64,000 nt of DNA, from positions 186,001-250,000 of the forward strand of contig NIVC01000103.1 in assembly GCA_002269645.1 (NCBI GenBank), written 5' to 3'. The stretch is from Macrostomum lignano. Its lineage: Eukaryota. Positions 23,505-35,716 of the stretch are shown here, piece by piece. A program made the position numbers and the translations under genes. How positions within the stretch are numbered: the first letter of the stretch is position 1; the number at the start of each line of letters is the position of its first letter. The notes under the pieces were generated by a model that had not been told where the DNA came from, did no database searches, and saw nothing but the letters and a program-made list of their open reading frames with translations.

Positions 23505-26149
23505 TCAAGGCTGCAGCTTCCAGACGCGAACGTAGTTCACCTGCATTGCGGTCTCGTCTTTCTCGTCCTTCCAGGTCGGCAGCCACAGGTTCTTGGCGCT
23601 GTAGAAGTTGCCCATCGCGTTGCCGTCGGTGTTGCGCCAAGGCTTCGGGTAGGGCGAGTTGGTCAGCTCGTCGCCGAAGTAGTTCACACCGCCGACCGCC
23701 ACGTTCATGATGATGTAGAAGGGCTTGTCGAACGGGGCCAGACGGGTCGCTCCGCCCGACATTTTCCACGGGTTCCAGGTCGCTTTGTCAAGCGGCTGCT
23801 GGGTCTTCTCGTCCACCCAGAACTCCTTGCCGTACTCCCAGAAGCCCTTGGGCGGGTTGACCGTCATGACGTGCTCGCCATCGAGGGAGAAGCTGCAGGT
23901 AAGAGCAAAGATTTGGTTTCTCTCTAAATCGCTACCCAATGCTTTTCCGGTCGAAGCTTTTCAAAAAAATCTTACACAAGTCCAATTTCCGGTCCCCACT
24001 CGAGCTGGTACTTGTGGAAGTCTGTGCCGAACGTCTTGCCGCCGCTTAGGTTCCTAAAATTTAATTATACAACTTCAAATTATTGTTAATCAGAAACATA
24101 ACAATTAGAATTACTACTAAGTCTACCAATGCCGGGGCTCACTTGGTGGCGTGAGTCTTCGAGTAGGCGTTTAGAGGCCACTTGGGTCCCCAGTGCAGAG
24201 TCATGCCCATCTGGTCGACTCCGGCGCTCTTGCCATCGGGACCCTGCAGGTTACGGTTGCCTCGTGACTCGACCAGGTCGATCTCGCCAGAGCATGGCCA
24301 CTCGCCATACTCGTTGCGCCGCGGCAGCAGCCAGATGGCGGGCCAGATCCAGTCACCGGTGGGCATCTTGGCCTCAACCTGCGTTGACAGATGATGAAAT
24401 GTTACGCTGCCAAAGGTTAGCAAAATTATTTAAGTTGAAGCCCTTCTGCTACATACTATATCGGTACATTTATAATCATTCTGAATATGAACGCAAACGA
24501 GTCAAAAGCTTCGTGATCAGCGAAAATAAACCTATCTGACCTCAATGCGTCCGTAGCGGAATGCGAATGTGTTGGCGGTGCGCAGTCGGGCGGACTGAAT
24601 CGGGTTGACAATGTTGCCGCCTCCCGCAGACCTGGAGCAGCCCCACCACTGGTTTCCGGTGCACAGGTTGGCCGGTGAGCTGCCCCACAGGTCCAGGTGG
24701 CCGTTGCGGACGAACTCTTCGCCGCGATCCTCGGCAGTCAGGGTCGGCTTGATGAAGAGCTTGCCGTCGCGGGTGAAGCTGTTCCGTCGGTTGTTGTGGT
24801 AGTACTGGAACTCCCAGTTCTGCAAGCGACACGGAGTGTGATGAGATTGCCATTCACGAGAGAAGAAATACTAATTGGATCAAGAGAGGGATTTAGAGAA
24901 TATAAAGTCTTGTCAGAAAAGGAGATTAGAAAGTATTGCAGAACGATACGATTGTATCGGAAGATCAAACAAGGATACTTCAAAGACACTTACGCCGCCG
25001 CCACCAGCCGTGATCTCGTGCTCCCACTTGTCAAAGTCCAGGGAGTCGAAGTTGTCCTCGAACACCAAGCAGGGATAGCTGGTGCACTCTGTCAATAAAT
25101 TTTGGTGTCAGCGACAAGGTGAGTCTTCTTTTTAAATGATCATTGTCGTAGAAACAAAAACCCGTCAAAGCATTGTTAAAAAGAAGTGACCTTCAGTCAG
25201 GTGACATCCCAGGAACCCATTTGAGTGGGAAACGTCAAGCGAAGTTACACTTGTTCTACATGTAGGACAATCTGCTCACGCACCAGAGGGAGGGGCACTA
25301 GTAGGCGGTACTGGGCCGCCAGTAGCTGGTGGTTTCTGAGTTGTCTGAGGTCCCTGAGTCGGCTGAGGTCCTTTCGAGGTTGTGGTCGGCGGCGGGGACG
25401 TTGTGGTGGTGGTTGGCGGCGCTGTCCTGTACTCCCAGCGCTGTCCGGTTCGCTGGAACCCCTGACCGTTGACGATGGCCACGTACCAGTAGGAGACATA
25501 GTCTCCGTCTTCGAGTTTCACCCGCTGCCGGTGCACCAGCTGGTTGTTAACGGCATCGCGCAGGTCGACGTTCACATCGCCGACTTCGACGCCGTTGACG
25601 AGCTTGTTGATGGAGTAGTGCAGCCCGATGAGGCTGACTCCGCTGCCTGATGTTGGTCGTTGAGTTGTTGATTTTTTAACTCTTCATCCGCCCGCCATTG
25701 GTAGTCACGATTGCAACCAATACCTAGACTCAGGAAAGGCCTTTTTAAACTTTTAAACCCAAGGAGGTAATTTGATAAGGACATTCTGCACAGCTGCTTT
25801 GACAAGACCTTATGAGCCTCACCAGCAACTACCATTACTAATTTATGACAGAATGCCGAAGGATGTGGCCCGCCACCACTACTAAAAAGTACATGCACAC
25901 GGTGGTAGCTGTATCACAGAGACTTATGATGCGACAAAACCATCCTACCAGAAAAAACCTGGAGGAAGCTAGAATGTGAATAAAACATAGAAATGTCCAG
26001 AACAAGAGCTCTACTCGCTTGCGGTACTCACTAGGAAAAGAGAACTGCAGATCCCGACCGTCGTAGTTAACTGCAGCGTTCGGTGCGGCAGCCTCCGCGC
26101 CGGCCGTCACTGCGGCAGCCAACAGGAAAAAGTTGGCAAGTTTATTCAT
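23505..26149 (-). CDS. Secreted beta-1,3-glucanase / glucan-recognition protein (CBM39 + Thr/Pro linker + GH16), 7 exons, ~518 aa
   Basis: Exons 26149-26032, 25646-25284, 25088-24994, 24819-24541, 24378-24143, 24053-23976 and 23892-23505 sum to 1557 nt in frame. The protein has signal peptide MNKLANFFLLAAAVTAG and CBM39-like GVSLIGLHYSINK...KLEDGDYVSYWYVAIVNGQGF. GH16 motifs are LVFEDNF, GGGNWEFQYY, WIWPAIWLLP, WPCSGEIDLVESRGN (catalytic E-x-D-x-x-E intact), PFDKPFYIIMNVAVGG and MQVNYVRVW. Confidence 0.94.
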
Positions 26150-26200
26150 GTTATTTAAAAGGTCCTTGCTAGGGTGAGGAAAGACGAGATTATCGGAGCA

Positions 26201-26208
26201 TATTTATA
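26201..26208 (-). promoter_or_regulatory. Candidate TATA box of the intact glucanase gene
   Basis: TATAAATA on the minus strand about 50 nt upstream of the ATG at 26149. Motif and position only. Confidence 0.4.
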
Positions 26209-28111
26209 CATGAAGTCGCGCCAAGAGAGGCGGCATGTCTATTGAGGCTGTCATGCGTTTAGAACAGGTGCGCCAATCGGGAAGGTGAATTGACAGAGTC
26301 TCAGGTTAAAAAATATCCCTAACAAAGGCACGTAGCACGCCAGGTGTCAAGGTTCTGCGACCTAGACCGAAGCAACCAGGCTGCAATGGATAAACAGCTT
26401 CAGAGCCAGGGAGAAACAAATGCCAATCTTTTATCAGAAAAGAATGCGTGATTTTTCCTGCAAGAATTAACCTGACTAAAAACGGTTAGTTCGTACAAGC
26501 AGCAATTGGCAACGTTTTGTGTTGCTAGGTCGGCAATTTTGCTGAAAACAATTTTTAAAGTAAGTACTATTACGAGCGTATCAAAACAAAGTAAATCCAT
26601 GTCCTTCTCATCGGTGAAGGTTCAATAACACGCCACTGTCAAGTCAGATTTGAACTGTTTTCACAGACGGAAAATTGGAATATGCAGGAGGCGCTTTGGG
26701 ATTGGGCATGACAAACGAATGAAATCGAATTAAGCCGAAAAGTTCATGAAGAATACGAAAACCCGGAGAGCCTCCAGAAACGTTCAATGGACTACTGAAG
26801 TGGGACGATAGAGGCTGGTAAGGAGCGCATACTCGTATTTGTCGTACCGCTGGTGCCTTTAGTCAAGGAGTCCTACGATTGGCATCTGGAGTGGAAACTA
26901 ATTTTTCACTAGCTTATTTCTTAAAACTCCCTTCATTATTTGCGAGTAACATTGCTATCTTGAGTCGGTTTATGAATATATCTTTTGGCTTAAAATATTT
27001 TGTTGGATTGGCCTTTTCCCATTTCTCTAAAAAGACCCGTATTGCACAGCGGGTAGGAATGAAATGATATGTCGTTTGGTGTTACGACTCCTTTGGATTC
27101 AACCGTTCGGAAATTTGACAGCGTCGCATTTGTTGACCTTCTCTTAAGCAACTTCAAATGATCGCTATATCCACTCCAGATGCTAAATATAGATTTAGTA
27201 TTTTGTCTATGGCAAAACCCCATTCTGCGCTATGTGTTCTCTCTAATGGACCATCCTATATGCACCAAGCGATACGAAAATATACTCGTACGTAGCTTAA
27301 CGGTGCATTTCTAAGAAAGTCTAGAGTAACGTTATGTACTTCTGGTATCCATGAGGTTTAAGGTTTAGAGCCACGGCAGCCATAAATGTAGTCAGTGTCA
27401 TTGTAACAAATACAAAGCCCCAGTTCCTGATCACAGAAACAAATATGTCAGCACCAATTTAGAGCAGTATTCCAGTGCTAATTTAGCGCTCTACGCAATA
27501 TTTTTGCTTCTAAAGTCATGCTAAGCCCAAAAATAAAGATTAAAAACTCTCCAAATTATAGTTTTCGGTCTCCTTGGCTGTCCCGCCGAGGTGAAATTTA
27601 AAAAAGAATTAGTCAAGACCGAGCCAAAGGCAAGGTGAAAAATTATTGCTGCGCATCTCAAATAATTCTGCAACTGCAGCCAGTCAGGGTGTAAAAAAAA
27701 GAAGCCGCACGAAGGCCGCCCCATTCGCTTTTTCATGAGTAATAAAAATTTGCCAAAAAATGCTACCGCTGTTGGACACTCAAGCACTCTCAGACCCTAT
27801 GGCGAGATCAAAGAGCGGCTAGAAAACCTGCGCAAACAATGGCGGCAAGCAGGCCATTGGCTGCATTTTAACGTTTTGTTTGGTGCGCAAGCGGTGCTGA
27901 AGTGGCTTTATTTTATTGCACCGCGACAGCCTCTTAAAAAATGCGCGCGCCGATGCCAACGCCAATGATGAGGGTAGTGACTCTGGCAGAAAAAAACGAA
28001 AACGGAGAGGGACAACCGGTGATAAAAAGAGCAAGAGTATCCGACTGGATTCTTAAAATTGAGACTGCTCTCAGGTATTTTGCCAGGCAAATTGAGTATT
28101 GAGTAGTAACG

Positions 28112-31100
28112 ATGGCAGAGGCGGCTGCACCTGATGGCGATCTAGTTGACCTGGAGCATAAGCAGGTGAATACTTGAAATTTATCATATTCGTATATCTG
28201 AGTCTTTATGTCACTGCTTTACCACGCGGTTCACGCGTCCCAAGTCCACCCCCTGGGTTAAATTTCCAGACACCGGAAGCAGAAGCGCCACAGGCAACTG
28301 AGGCACCGGTGGAGACGTCCAAAGCTCGACTGTCCATGGTTGACGCTGTGCCAGATGACGAAGACGAGCTGCTGATGAAGCTGCAAGACGATGCTGCGTA
28401 CGATACGGATTTGGAAGGTTTGTAAAGTTTGGGAATTGTTGATGTGGCCATCAAAGGGACAGTGAGGCGGGACATCAAAGGGACAGTGAGGCGGGACATC
28501 AAAGAGACAGTGAGGCGGGACATCAAAGGGACAGTGAGGCGGGACATCAAAGGGACAGTGAGGCGGGACATCAAATGGACAGTGAGGCGGGACATCAAAG
28601 GGACAGTGAGGCGGGACATCAAAGAGACAGTGAGGCAGGACATCAAAGGGACAGTGAAGCGGGACATCAAAGGGACAGTGAGGCGGGACATCAAAGGGAC
28701 AGTGAGGTGGGACATCAAAGAGACAGTGAGGCAGGACATCAAAGGGACAGTGAGGCGGGACATCAAAGAGATAGTGAGGCGGGACATCAAAGGGACAGTG
28801 AAGCGGGACATCAAAGGGACAGTGAGGCGGGACATCAAAGGGACAGTCAGGCGGGACATCAAAGAGATAGTGAGGCGGGACATCAAAGGGACAGTGAAGC
28901 GGGACATCAAAGGGACAGTGAGGCGGGACATCAAAGGGACAGTCAGGCGGAACATCAAAGGGACAGTGAGGCGGGACATCAAAGGGACAGTGAGGCGGAA
29001 CATCAAATGGACAGTGAGGCGAGATATCAAAGGAACAGTGAGGCGGGAGATCAAAGAGGCGGGACATCAAAGGGACAGTGAAGCGGGACATGAATTCAGC
29101 TAAAGTGTGCTCAATAAACCCTTGCAGAAGCGCCTAAGAAAGAGCGGCCGGACATAACGGGAGTGAGACGCGGCGTGTACTTGAAGCGCTGCTCGGAGGT
29201 CGGCGCGCATCCGGTTGGCCGCTACGTGAAGCGGCCAGCAGACAGGAAGCTGCGACTGTCGCACCGCTGCATGTCAGCCAAAGAGGCGGACGCCATCACG
29301 TACGCGCTGGAGCTGTCGCCGGACGTGGCGGATCTCAACATGCGCGACAATCGGCTGGGGCCGGAGGGCTTCGATTTTGTCAACTGTCTGCTAAAGGACA
29401 ATGTGCACTTGTATAAACTGGTGAGCTGATGGGCTGAGTTGGGTTCCTATCTAGTTCCAGTAGAGTAGGCAGCTGATGTAGAGTAGGCAGCTGATGTAGA
29501 GTAGGTAGCTGATGTAGAGTAGGCAGCTAGAATAGAGTAGGCAGCTGATGTAGAGTAGGCAGCTGATGTAGAGTAGGCAGCTGATGTAGAGTAGGCAGCT
29601 GATGTAGAGTAGGCAGCTGATGTAGAGTAGGCAGCTGATGTAGAGTAGGCAGCTAGAATAGAGTAGGCAGCTGATGTAGAGTAGGCAGCTGATGTAGAGT
29701 AGGCAGCTGATGTAGAGTAGGCAGCTGATGTAGAGTAGGCAGCTGATGTAGAGTAGGCAGCTGATATAGAGTAGGCAGCTGATGTAGAGTAGGCAGCTGA
29801 TGTAGAGTAGGCAGCTGATGTAGAGTAGGCAGCTGATGTAGAGTAGGCAGCTGATGTAGAGTAGGCAGCTGATGTAGAGTAGGCAGCTGATGTAGAGTAG
29901 GCAGCTGATGTAGAGTAGGCAGCTGATGTAGAGTAGGCAGCTGATGTAGAGTAGGCAGCTGATGTAGAGTAGTCAGCTGATGTAGAGTAGGCAGCTGATG
30001 TAGAGTAGGCAGCTGATGTAGAGTAGTCAGCTAAAGTAGATAGCAGACAGACATGAGAGTACGGGCTCTTAGTTAACCGAATCCTCAGTATCAGTAAAAC
30101 CGCGTCATGCAGTGAAGCCTCTTACCGCAACGCAGAACATCAGCGGCAACGCGCTGGGTCGCGAAGGCATGGCGCAGCTGAAAAGCGCCCTCCTGCGCAA
30201 CAACACCATCTCAGCGTTGGACGCATCCGGCAACGATTTCGACGAGCGGACCGGCCAGGACTGGAAAGAGATCCTGCTGGCCAATGACCGGCTGAGTCAG
30301 CTGAACCTGTCGCACAATCAGCTGGGCAGCGATGGAGCCACAGCTCTGGCCGAGGGCATCAGTGAGTGGCTGCCATTGGGGAGAGGATTGGTCTGGTGCA
30401 GTGACGTTCTCGTGGCGGTTTGTAGCGATTCGGAATGGGATCTATTGCGATTCAGAATGTGGTCTATTGCGATTCGGAATGGGATCTGTTGCGATTCGGA
30501 ATGGGATCTGTTGCGATTCGGAATGGGATCTGTTGCGATTCAGAATGTGGTCTATTGCGATTCGGAATGGGATCTGTTGCGATTCGGAATGGGATCTATT
30601 GCGATTCGGAATGGGATCTGTTGCGATTCAGAATGTGGTCTATTGCGATTCGGAATGGGATCTGTTGCGATTCGGAATGGGATCTGTTGCGATTCGGAAT
30701 GGGATCTATTGCGATTCGGAATGGGATCTGTTGCGATTCAGAATGTGGTCTATTGCGATTCGGAATGGGATCTGTTGCGATTCGGAATGGGATCTGTTGC
30801 GATTCGGAATGGGATCTGTTGCGATTCGGAATGGGATCTGTTGCGATTCGGAATGGGATCTGTTGCGATTCGGAATGGGATCTGTTGCGATTCGGAATGG
30901 GATCTGTTGCGATTCGGAATGGGATCTGTTGCGATTCGGAATGGGATCTATTGCGATTCGGAATGAGATCTGTTGCGATTCGGAATGGGATCTGTTGCGA
31001 TTCGGAATGGGATCTGTTTGCAATTCGGAATGGGATCTATTGCGATACGGAGATGGATCTATTGCGATTCGGAATGGGATCTATTGCAATTCGGAATATT

Positions 31101-34100
31101 GCAATTCGGAGGGTGTCTAATGAAATTCGGAGGGAGATCTATTGCGATTTGGAAGGGTGATTTATTGCAATTCGGAACGGGATCCATTGCAATTTGGAAA
31201 AGCGATTAAGTTTGCGTCCATCCAGCGTCGCATTGCATTTTTTCAGGCGCAAACGATTCTCTGTGCAATCTGAATCTCAGCTGGAACTGCATCCGGCTCA
31301 AGGGCGCGGTGGAGCTGGCCAAGGCTATTCGTGTGAGTTTGCTGCGCTGGCTTGCATGCAGATTATTTGCATTATTCACCAACCACTAACAAAATCTCAC
31401 GCAGGTGAACAAGTCTCTACGCGAGTTGCACCTGCAGTTCAACGGTTTCAGCAGCGAAGGCGCGCTGGAGGTGGCCGCCTCGCTGCTGGAGAACCGGACA
31501 CTCCGGCTGCTGGACCTTAGCGGCAACCGGATCTGGCGTCAGGCCGCTGGGCCCTTCGCCAGAGCGCTCAAGAAGAATAAAAAACTGCGCGTGCTGCGGG
31601 TGAGCAGCTTGCTTCCGGTTATTGTTGTAGGAGGTTATGTGTCTGACTTCCGGTCACTGGAAATGTTGATAGTATGGACTCAATTAAAAATTCTGATTTT
31701 GACATCCGGTCTCGTGAACTGATAGAATGGAACTTCCGGTCACGAGAACTGATAGAATGGAACTTCCGGTCTCGTGAACTGATAGAATGAAACTTCCGGT
31801 CATGTGAACCGATAAAATGGAACTTCCGGTCTCGTGAACTGATAAAATGGAACTTCCGGTCTCGTGAACTGATAGAATGGAACTTCCGGTCTCGTGAACT
31901 GATAAAATGGAACTTCCAGTCACGAGAACTGATAGAATGGAACTTCCGGTCTCGTGAACTGATAAAATGGAACTTCCGGTCTCGTGAACTGATAGAATGG
32001 AACTTCCGGTCTCGTGAACTGATAAAATGGAACTTCCAGTCACGAGAACTGATAGAATGGAACTTCCGGTCTCGTGAACTGATAAAATGAAACTTCCGGT
32101 CATGTGAATCGATAAAATGGAACTTCCGGTCACGAGAATTGATAAAATGTAACTTGAAATGTGAAGGTTGATAGTATGGAATTTCCGGTCACTTGAAATT
32201 TTGATAGCATAGATAACTCCCGGTTACTTAAGGCCGATTAGTATTGAACTTCCGGTCACTTAAAATGCTGATGGCGCAAAACTTCCGGTAAAGTCTAGTA
32301 ACCAAACACCAATCTCAATGCGAATCAATATTTTTCAGTTGCGAACCAACCCGCTGCTAAATGACGGCGTCATGGAGATCCTCAAAGTGTTGCACGCAGA
32401 GGAGCAGATTTCTCTGGAAATGCTGGATGTTGAGGTGAAAATTTTATTGAAATTGTAAGAACCTAAGCATCTAAGAAGCTAAGCATCTAAGAAGCTAAGC
32501 ATCTAAGAAGCTAAGCGTCTAAGAACCTAAGCATCTAAGAACATAAGCGTCTAAGAACCTAAGCAGCTAAGAACATAAGCGTGTAAGAACCTAAGCATCT
32601 AAGAACCTAAGCATCTAAGAACATAAGCGTCTAAGAACCTAAGCATCTAAGAACATAAGCGTCTAAGAACCTAAGCATCTAAGAACCTAAGCATCTAAGA
32701 ACCTAAGCAGCTAAGAACCTAAGGATCTAAGAACATAAGCGTCTAAGAACCTAAGCATCTAAGAACCTAAGCATCTAAGAACCTAAGCAGCTAAGCATCT
32801 AAGAACCGAAGCATCTAACATCCTAAGCATCTAAGAACCTAAGCATCTAAGAACCTAAGCAGCTAAGAACCTAAGCATCTATGAACCTAAGCATCTAAGA
32901 ACCTAAGAATCTAAGAACCTAAGCAGCTAAGCATCTAAGAACCGAAGCATCTAACATCCTAAGCATCTAAGAACCTAAGCATCTATGAATCTAAGCATCT
33001 AAGAACCTAAGCATCTAACATCCTAAGCATCTAAGAACCGAAGCATCTAAGAACATAAGCGTCTAAGAACCTAAGCATCTAAGAACCTAAGCATCTAAGA
33101 ACCTAAGCAGCTAAGAAGCTAAGCATCTAAGAACATAAGCGTCTAAGAACCTAAGCATCTAAGAACCTAAGCATCTACGAACCTAAGCATCTAAGAACCT
33201 AAGCGTCTAAGAAGTTAAGCATCTAAGAACCTAAGCATCTAAGAGCCTAATTAGAACGAATCGACCTTCACTGCATCCAGGACATCACGGTGACCCAGGA
33301 GCTGATGTCGCTCTACCGATCGATTCGAGCCAACAACCCGAAGTTCCGCATCAGAATTCGAACTGTGATCAAGCGAGACGGCACAGTTGAACGCGTGCGC
33401 GATGAATTCAGCACAGAGAATCCGCTGGAGGTGCTGCTGATGTTCATGCAGGAGAAGAACTTGAGGCTGATTGATCTGTTCAAGGTGAGTGCAATGTCAC
33501 GGGACTGCTTGGGCTCTGTGCGGTTCTATACTGAGTTATGATTGAATATAGTTACAGTTATTACTCTGGCCCAGTTGGTTAAATCTGGTCATAGGGGGGC
33601 CGTAGCCCAGCGGTAGCGCAGCTGCTCTGGTGTGCCAGCGACCCAGGCTCGATTCCAAGTGCAGTCACATTAATTTGGGGCTGAATTGGAATCTCGGCTT
33701 GGCTCTGCTCGTGCAATTAACGGCCTTGAGAGCCAACCCCCAAGGCGCAGTGAAGTGTACATGCCTAACAATTGATAAAGTTAGGGCCGCTGTACACTCC
33801 TGTGTGAGTGTGTGCCTGCGTACGTATCCGCGCGCTTGGATGCCTGCTCAGGGGAGTCGGTGGAATGGGCAGCAATGCCTCTCGCCGGTTGTGTGCCTAT
33901 GTCGCCTAAAGTGCGCCAGGGTGCACACAACCCCCCTGCCTCTAATAATAAATAAATAAATCTGGTCATAGTAAGACTCTTTGTGGTTGTGACCATTTTT
34001 GGTCATATAGTGTGGCTATTTGTTGTCATAGTGTGACGTGTGGCTAGTTGTGGTCATAGTGTGGCTATTTGTGGTCATAGTGTGGCTAGTTATGGTCATA

Positions 34101-35545
34101 AAGTGGCTATTTGTGGTCAGAGGGTGTTTGTGGGCATAATGTGACGATTTGTTGACATGGTATGACTATTTTTTGCCAAAGGCGTAGATTCACCATTCAC
34201 TTTGGTTAAATAGCACTTTAACACTTTAGGACTTTAGGACTTTAGGAAACTGTGCAGAAATCAACGTGTTTCTTCTTTGGATCAGGGGATTAGAGAAAAT
34301 ACTCAACATATCCATAGTGAGCTCCAACCAACCCGCACACAACGCTCCAGAACCTGGACAAAGACCAGAGCAACTCCATCTCCCGCGACGAGTTCGTCAT
34401 CGGCCTACGCGACTTTGAAGTGCCGCTCACTGAGGATCAAATCGATCAGCTGATTGACACGCTGGACAAGGACGGCGACGGCGAGATCGACTTGGCCGAG
34501 ATTCTCAACATCAACAAGGAGTTCCGCGATGTGAAACGGCGGGCCATCCATCGGGTGCGACAGCGGCGCGCCACGGTTCGAGTTCGGGACGCCGAGATTG
34601 CAGCCAGAGCCATCACGCGGCTGCAGACTCTGGCGGCTGCTTCTAGTAGTGAGCTGTTGAGTAAACTGGAGTTAATGAGCATTTACATGCGATACACACA
34701 GCACTAACTAAAATCTGAAAGAATCTTTCACAACTACACCCTTCACCAATGGAACCTTCACCAATACACCCTTCACCAATGCACCCTTCACCAATGCACC
34801 CTTCACCGGTGCACCCTTCACCAATGCACCCTTCACCGATGCACCCTTCACCAATGCACCCTTCACCAATGCAACCTTCACCGATGCAACCTTCACCGAT
34901 GCAACCTTGACCAATGCAAACCTTCACCAATGCACCCTTCACCAATGTAACCCTTCACCAATGCACCCTTCACCAATACTTCCTCACCAATGCAACTATC
35001 TTAAACCTGAGACAACCTAGCTCGTAATACGATCCCTCATTACAACTAAGTGCTCCCAATGTCAAAACGCATGGCCGACAGGTTTCACAGAGGAGCACCA
35101 CTCCTGCTCATCCGAGTCCGACGGTGAAGCCGCACCGGGGCTACCGCCACCGGCTCAGCTGCGCCAGCGCTCCGGAGGTGGCGGCGGCGGCATTCTCAGG
35201 CGGCCATCGACCGCGGCCGGTCCAGCCGGAAAAGTGCTGCCGAACATCTGGTCGGGTAGCAACTACCAGCTCCAGCAAAAGCAACAACAGCAGCAAAGAA
35301 AGAAACAGCCGGAGACACCGGCTTCAGCTGGCGGCAGCAAGTCGCTGAGATTCGCCGCGGCAGCTGGCGAAGGAGGCAACCCGGCGGCAGCGGCTGGAGC
35401 TGGAACTCCAACCAGAAGGCGGACGTCGGTGCTGAGTTCCGCTGTCCGACAGCGCAGAGAGTCGCAGCAACGTCAACAGGAGCAAAATAAGAGTTGGCTT
35501 CCAACCAGCAAGTCGTTGGGCAAGCCGCAGTCCAAGAGAAACTGA
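28112..35545 (+). CDS. LRRC74: LRRC74-like leucine-rich repeat (RI-type) protein with C-terminal EF-hand pair, 10 exons
   Basis: Exons 28112-28165, 28270-28417, 29128-29420, 30136-30361, 31247-31332, 31405-31599, 32339-32434, 33281-33484, 34351-34648 and ~35082-35545 join in frame. Motifs are YDTDLE, LRRs ([50 protein letters not shown]) and EF-hands [13 protein letters not shown] and [12 protein letters not shown]. The last acceptor is ambiguous (35082 or 35091). Confidence 0.87.
28445..29090. repeat. 24-bp minisatellite (LRRC74-like intron 2)
   Basis: Units GACATCAAAGGGACAGTGAGGCGG. Confidence 0.93.
29462..30030. repeat. 18-bp minisatellite (intron 3)
   Basis: Units GTAGAGTAGGCAGCTGAT. 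Confidence 0.93.
30425..31190. repeat. 22-bp minisatellite (intron 4)
   Basis: Units GATTCGGAATGGGATCTGTTGC. Confidence 0.93.
31700..32150. repeat. 30-bp minisatellite (intron 6)
   Basis: Units CTCGTGAACTGATAGAATGGAACTTCCGGT. Confidence 0.92.
32455..33245. repeat. 16-bp minisatellite (intron 7)
   Basis: Units CTAAGCATCTAAGAAC. Confidence 0.92.
33595..33956 (+). mobile_element. Complete tRNA-derived SINE with target-site duplication
   Basis: tRNA-like head GGGGGCCGTAGCCCAGCGGTAG (A box) ... GGCTCGATTCC (B-box-like) and a 3' (AAAT)n tail. TSD TAAATCTGGTCATAG lies at 33580-33594 and 33957-33971. Partial relatives occur at ~21830-22105, ~35630-35652 and ~62285-62455. Confidence 0.88.
34730..34995. 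repeat. 15-bp minisatellite (intron 9)
   Basis: Units CACCCTTCACCAATG. Confidence 0.9.
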
Positions 35546-35651
35546 TGAGACAGCATGTACTGTATGTGCACAAACACGTGTAGCCCCTGGCTTCATTCAT
35601 CTGCGGCTTGTGTGCATGAAAAATTCACAGCCATGAGGGCCAACCCCCAAG

Positions 35652-35652
<1 letters not shown>

Positions 35653-35711
<59 letters not shown>
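35653..35711. repeat. (CA)n microsatellite, left flank of CAC...GTG element
   Basis: Pure CA run. A second CA run at ~45319-45355 flanks the other end of the element. Confidence 0.95.
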
Positions 35712-35715
<4 letters not shown>

Positions 35716-35716
35716 A

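Noticed and set aside
26230-27970. Short ORFs between the glucanase and LRRC74-like genes (26400-26600, 26990-27223, 27521-27787, 27735-27968)
   Set aside because: They lack recognisable domains or a consistent splice chain and are probably intergenic or old TE debris.
33595-33670. tRNA gene
   Set aside because: The tRNA-like head continues into a conserved ~290-bp body with an (AAAT)n tail and TSD, and has dispersed copies, so it is a SINE. No complete cloverleaf is evident.
35541-35580. Hammerhead ribozyme (CTGATGAG core; also ~4947 and ~48075)
   Set aside because: No properly placed GAAA after a stem II, and no closing stems I/III were found.
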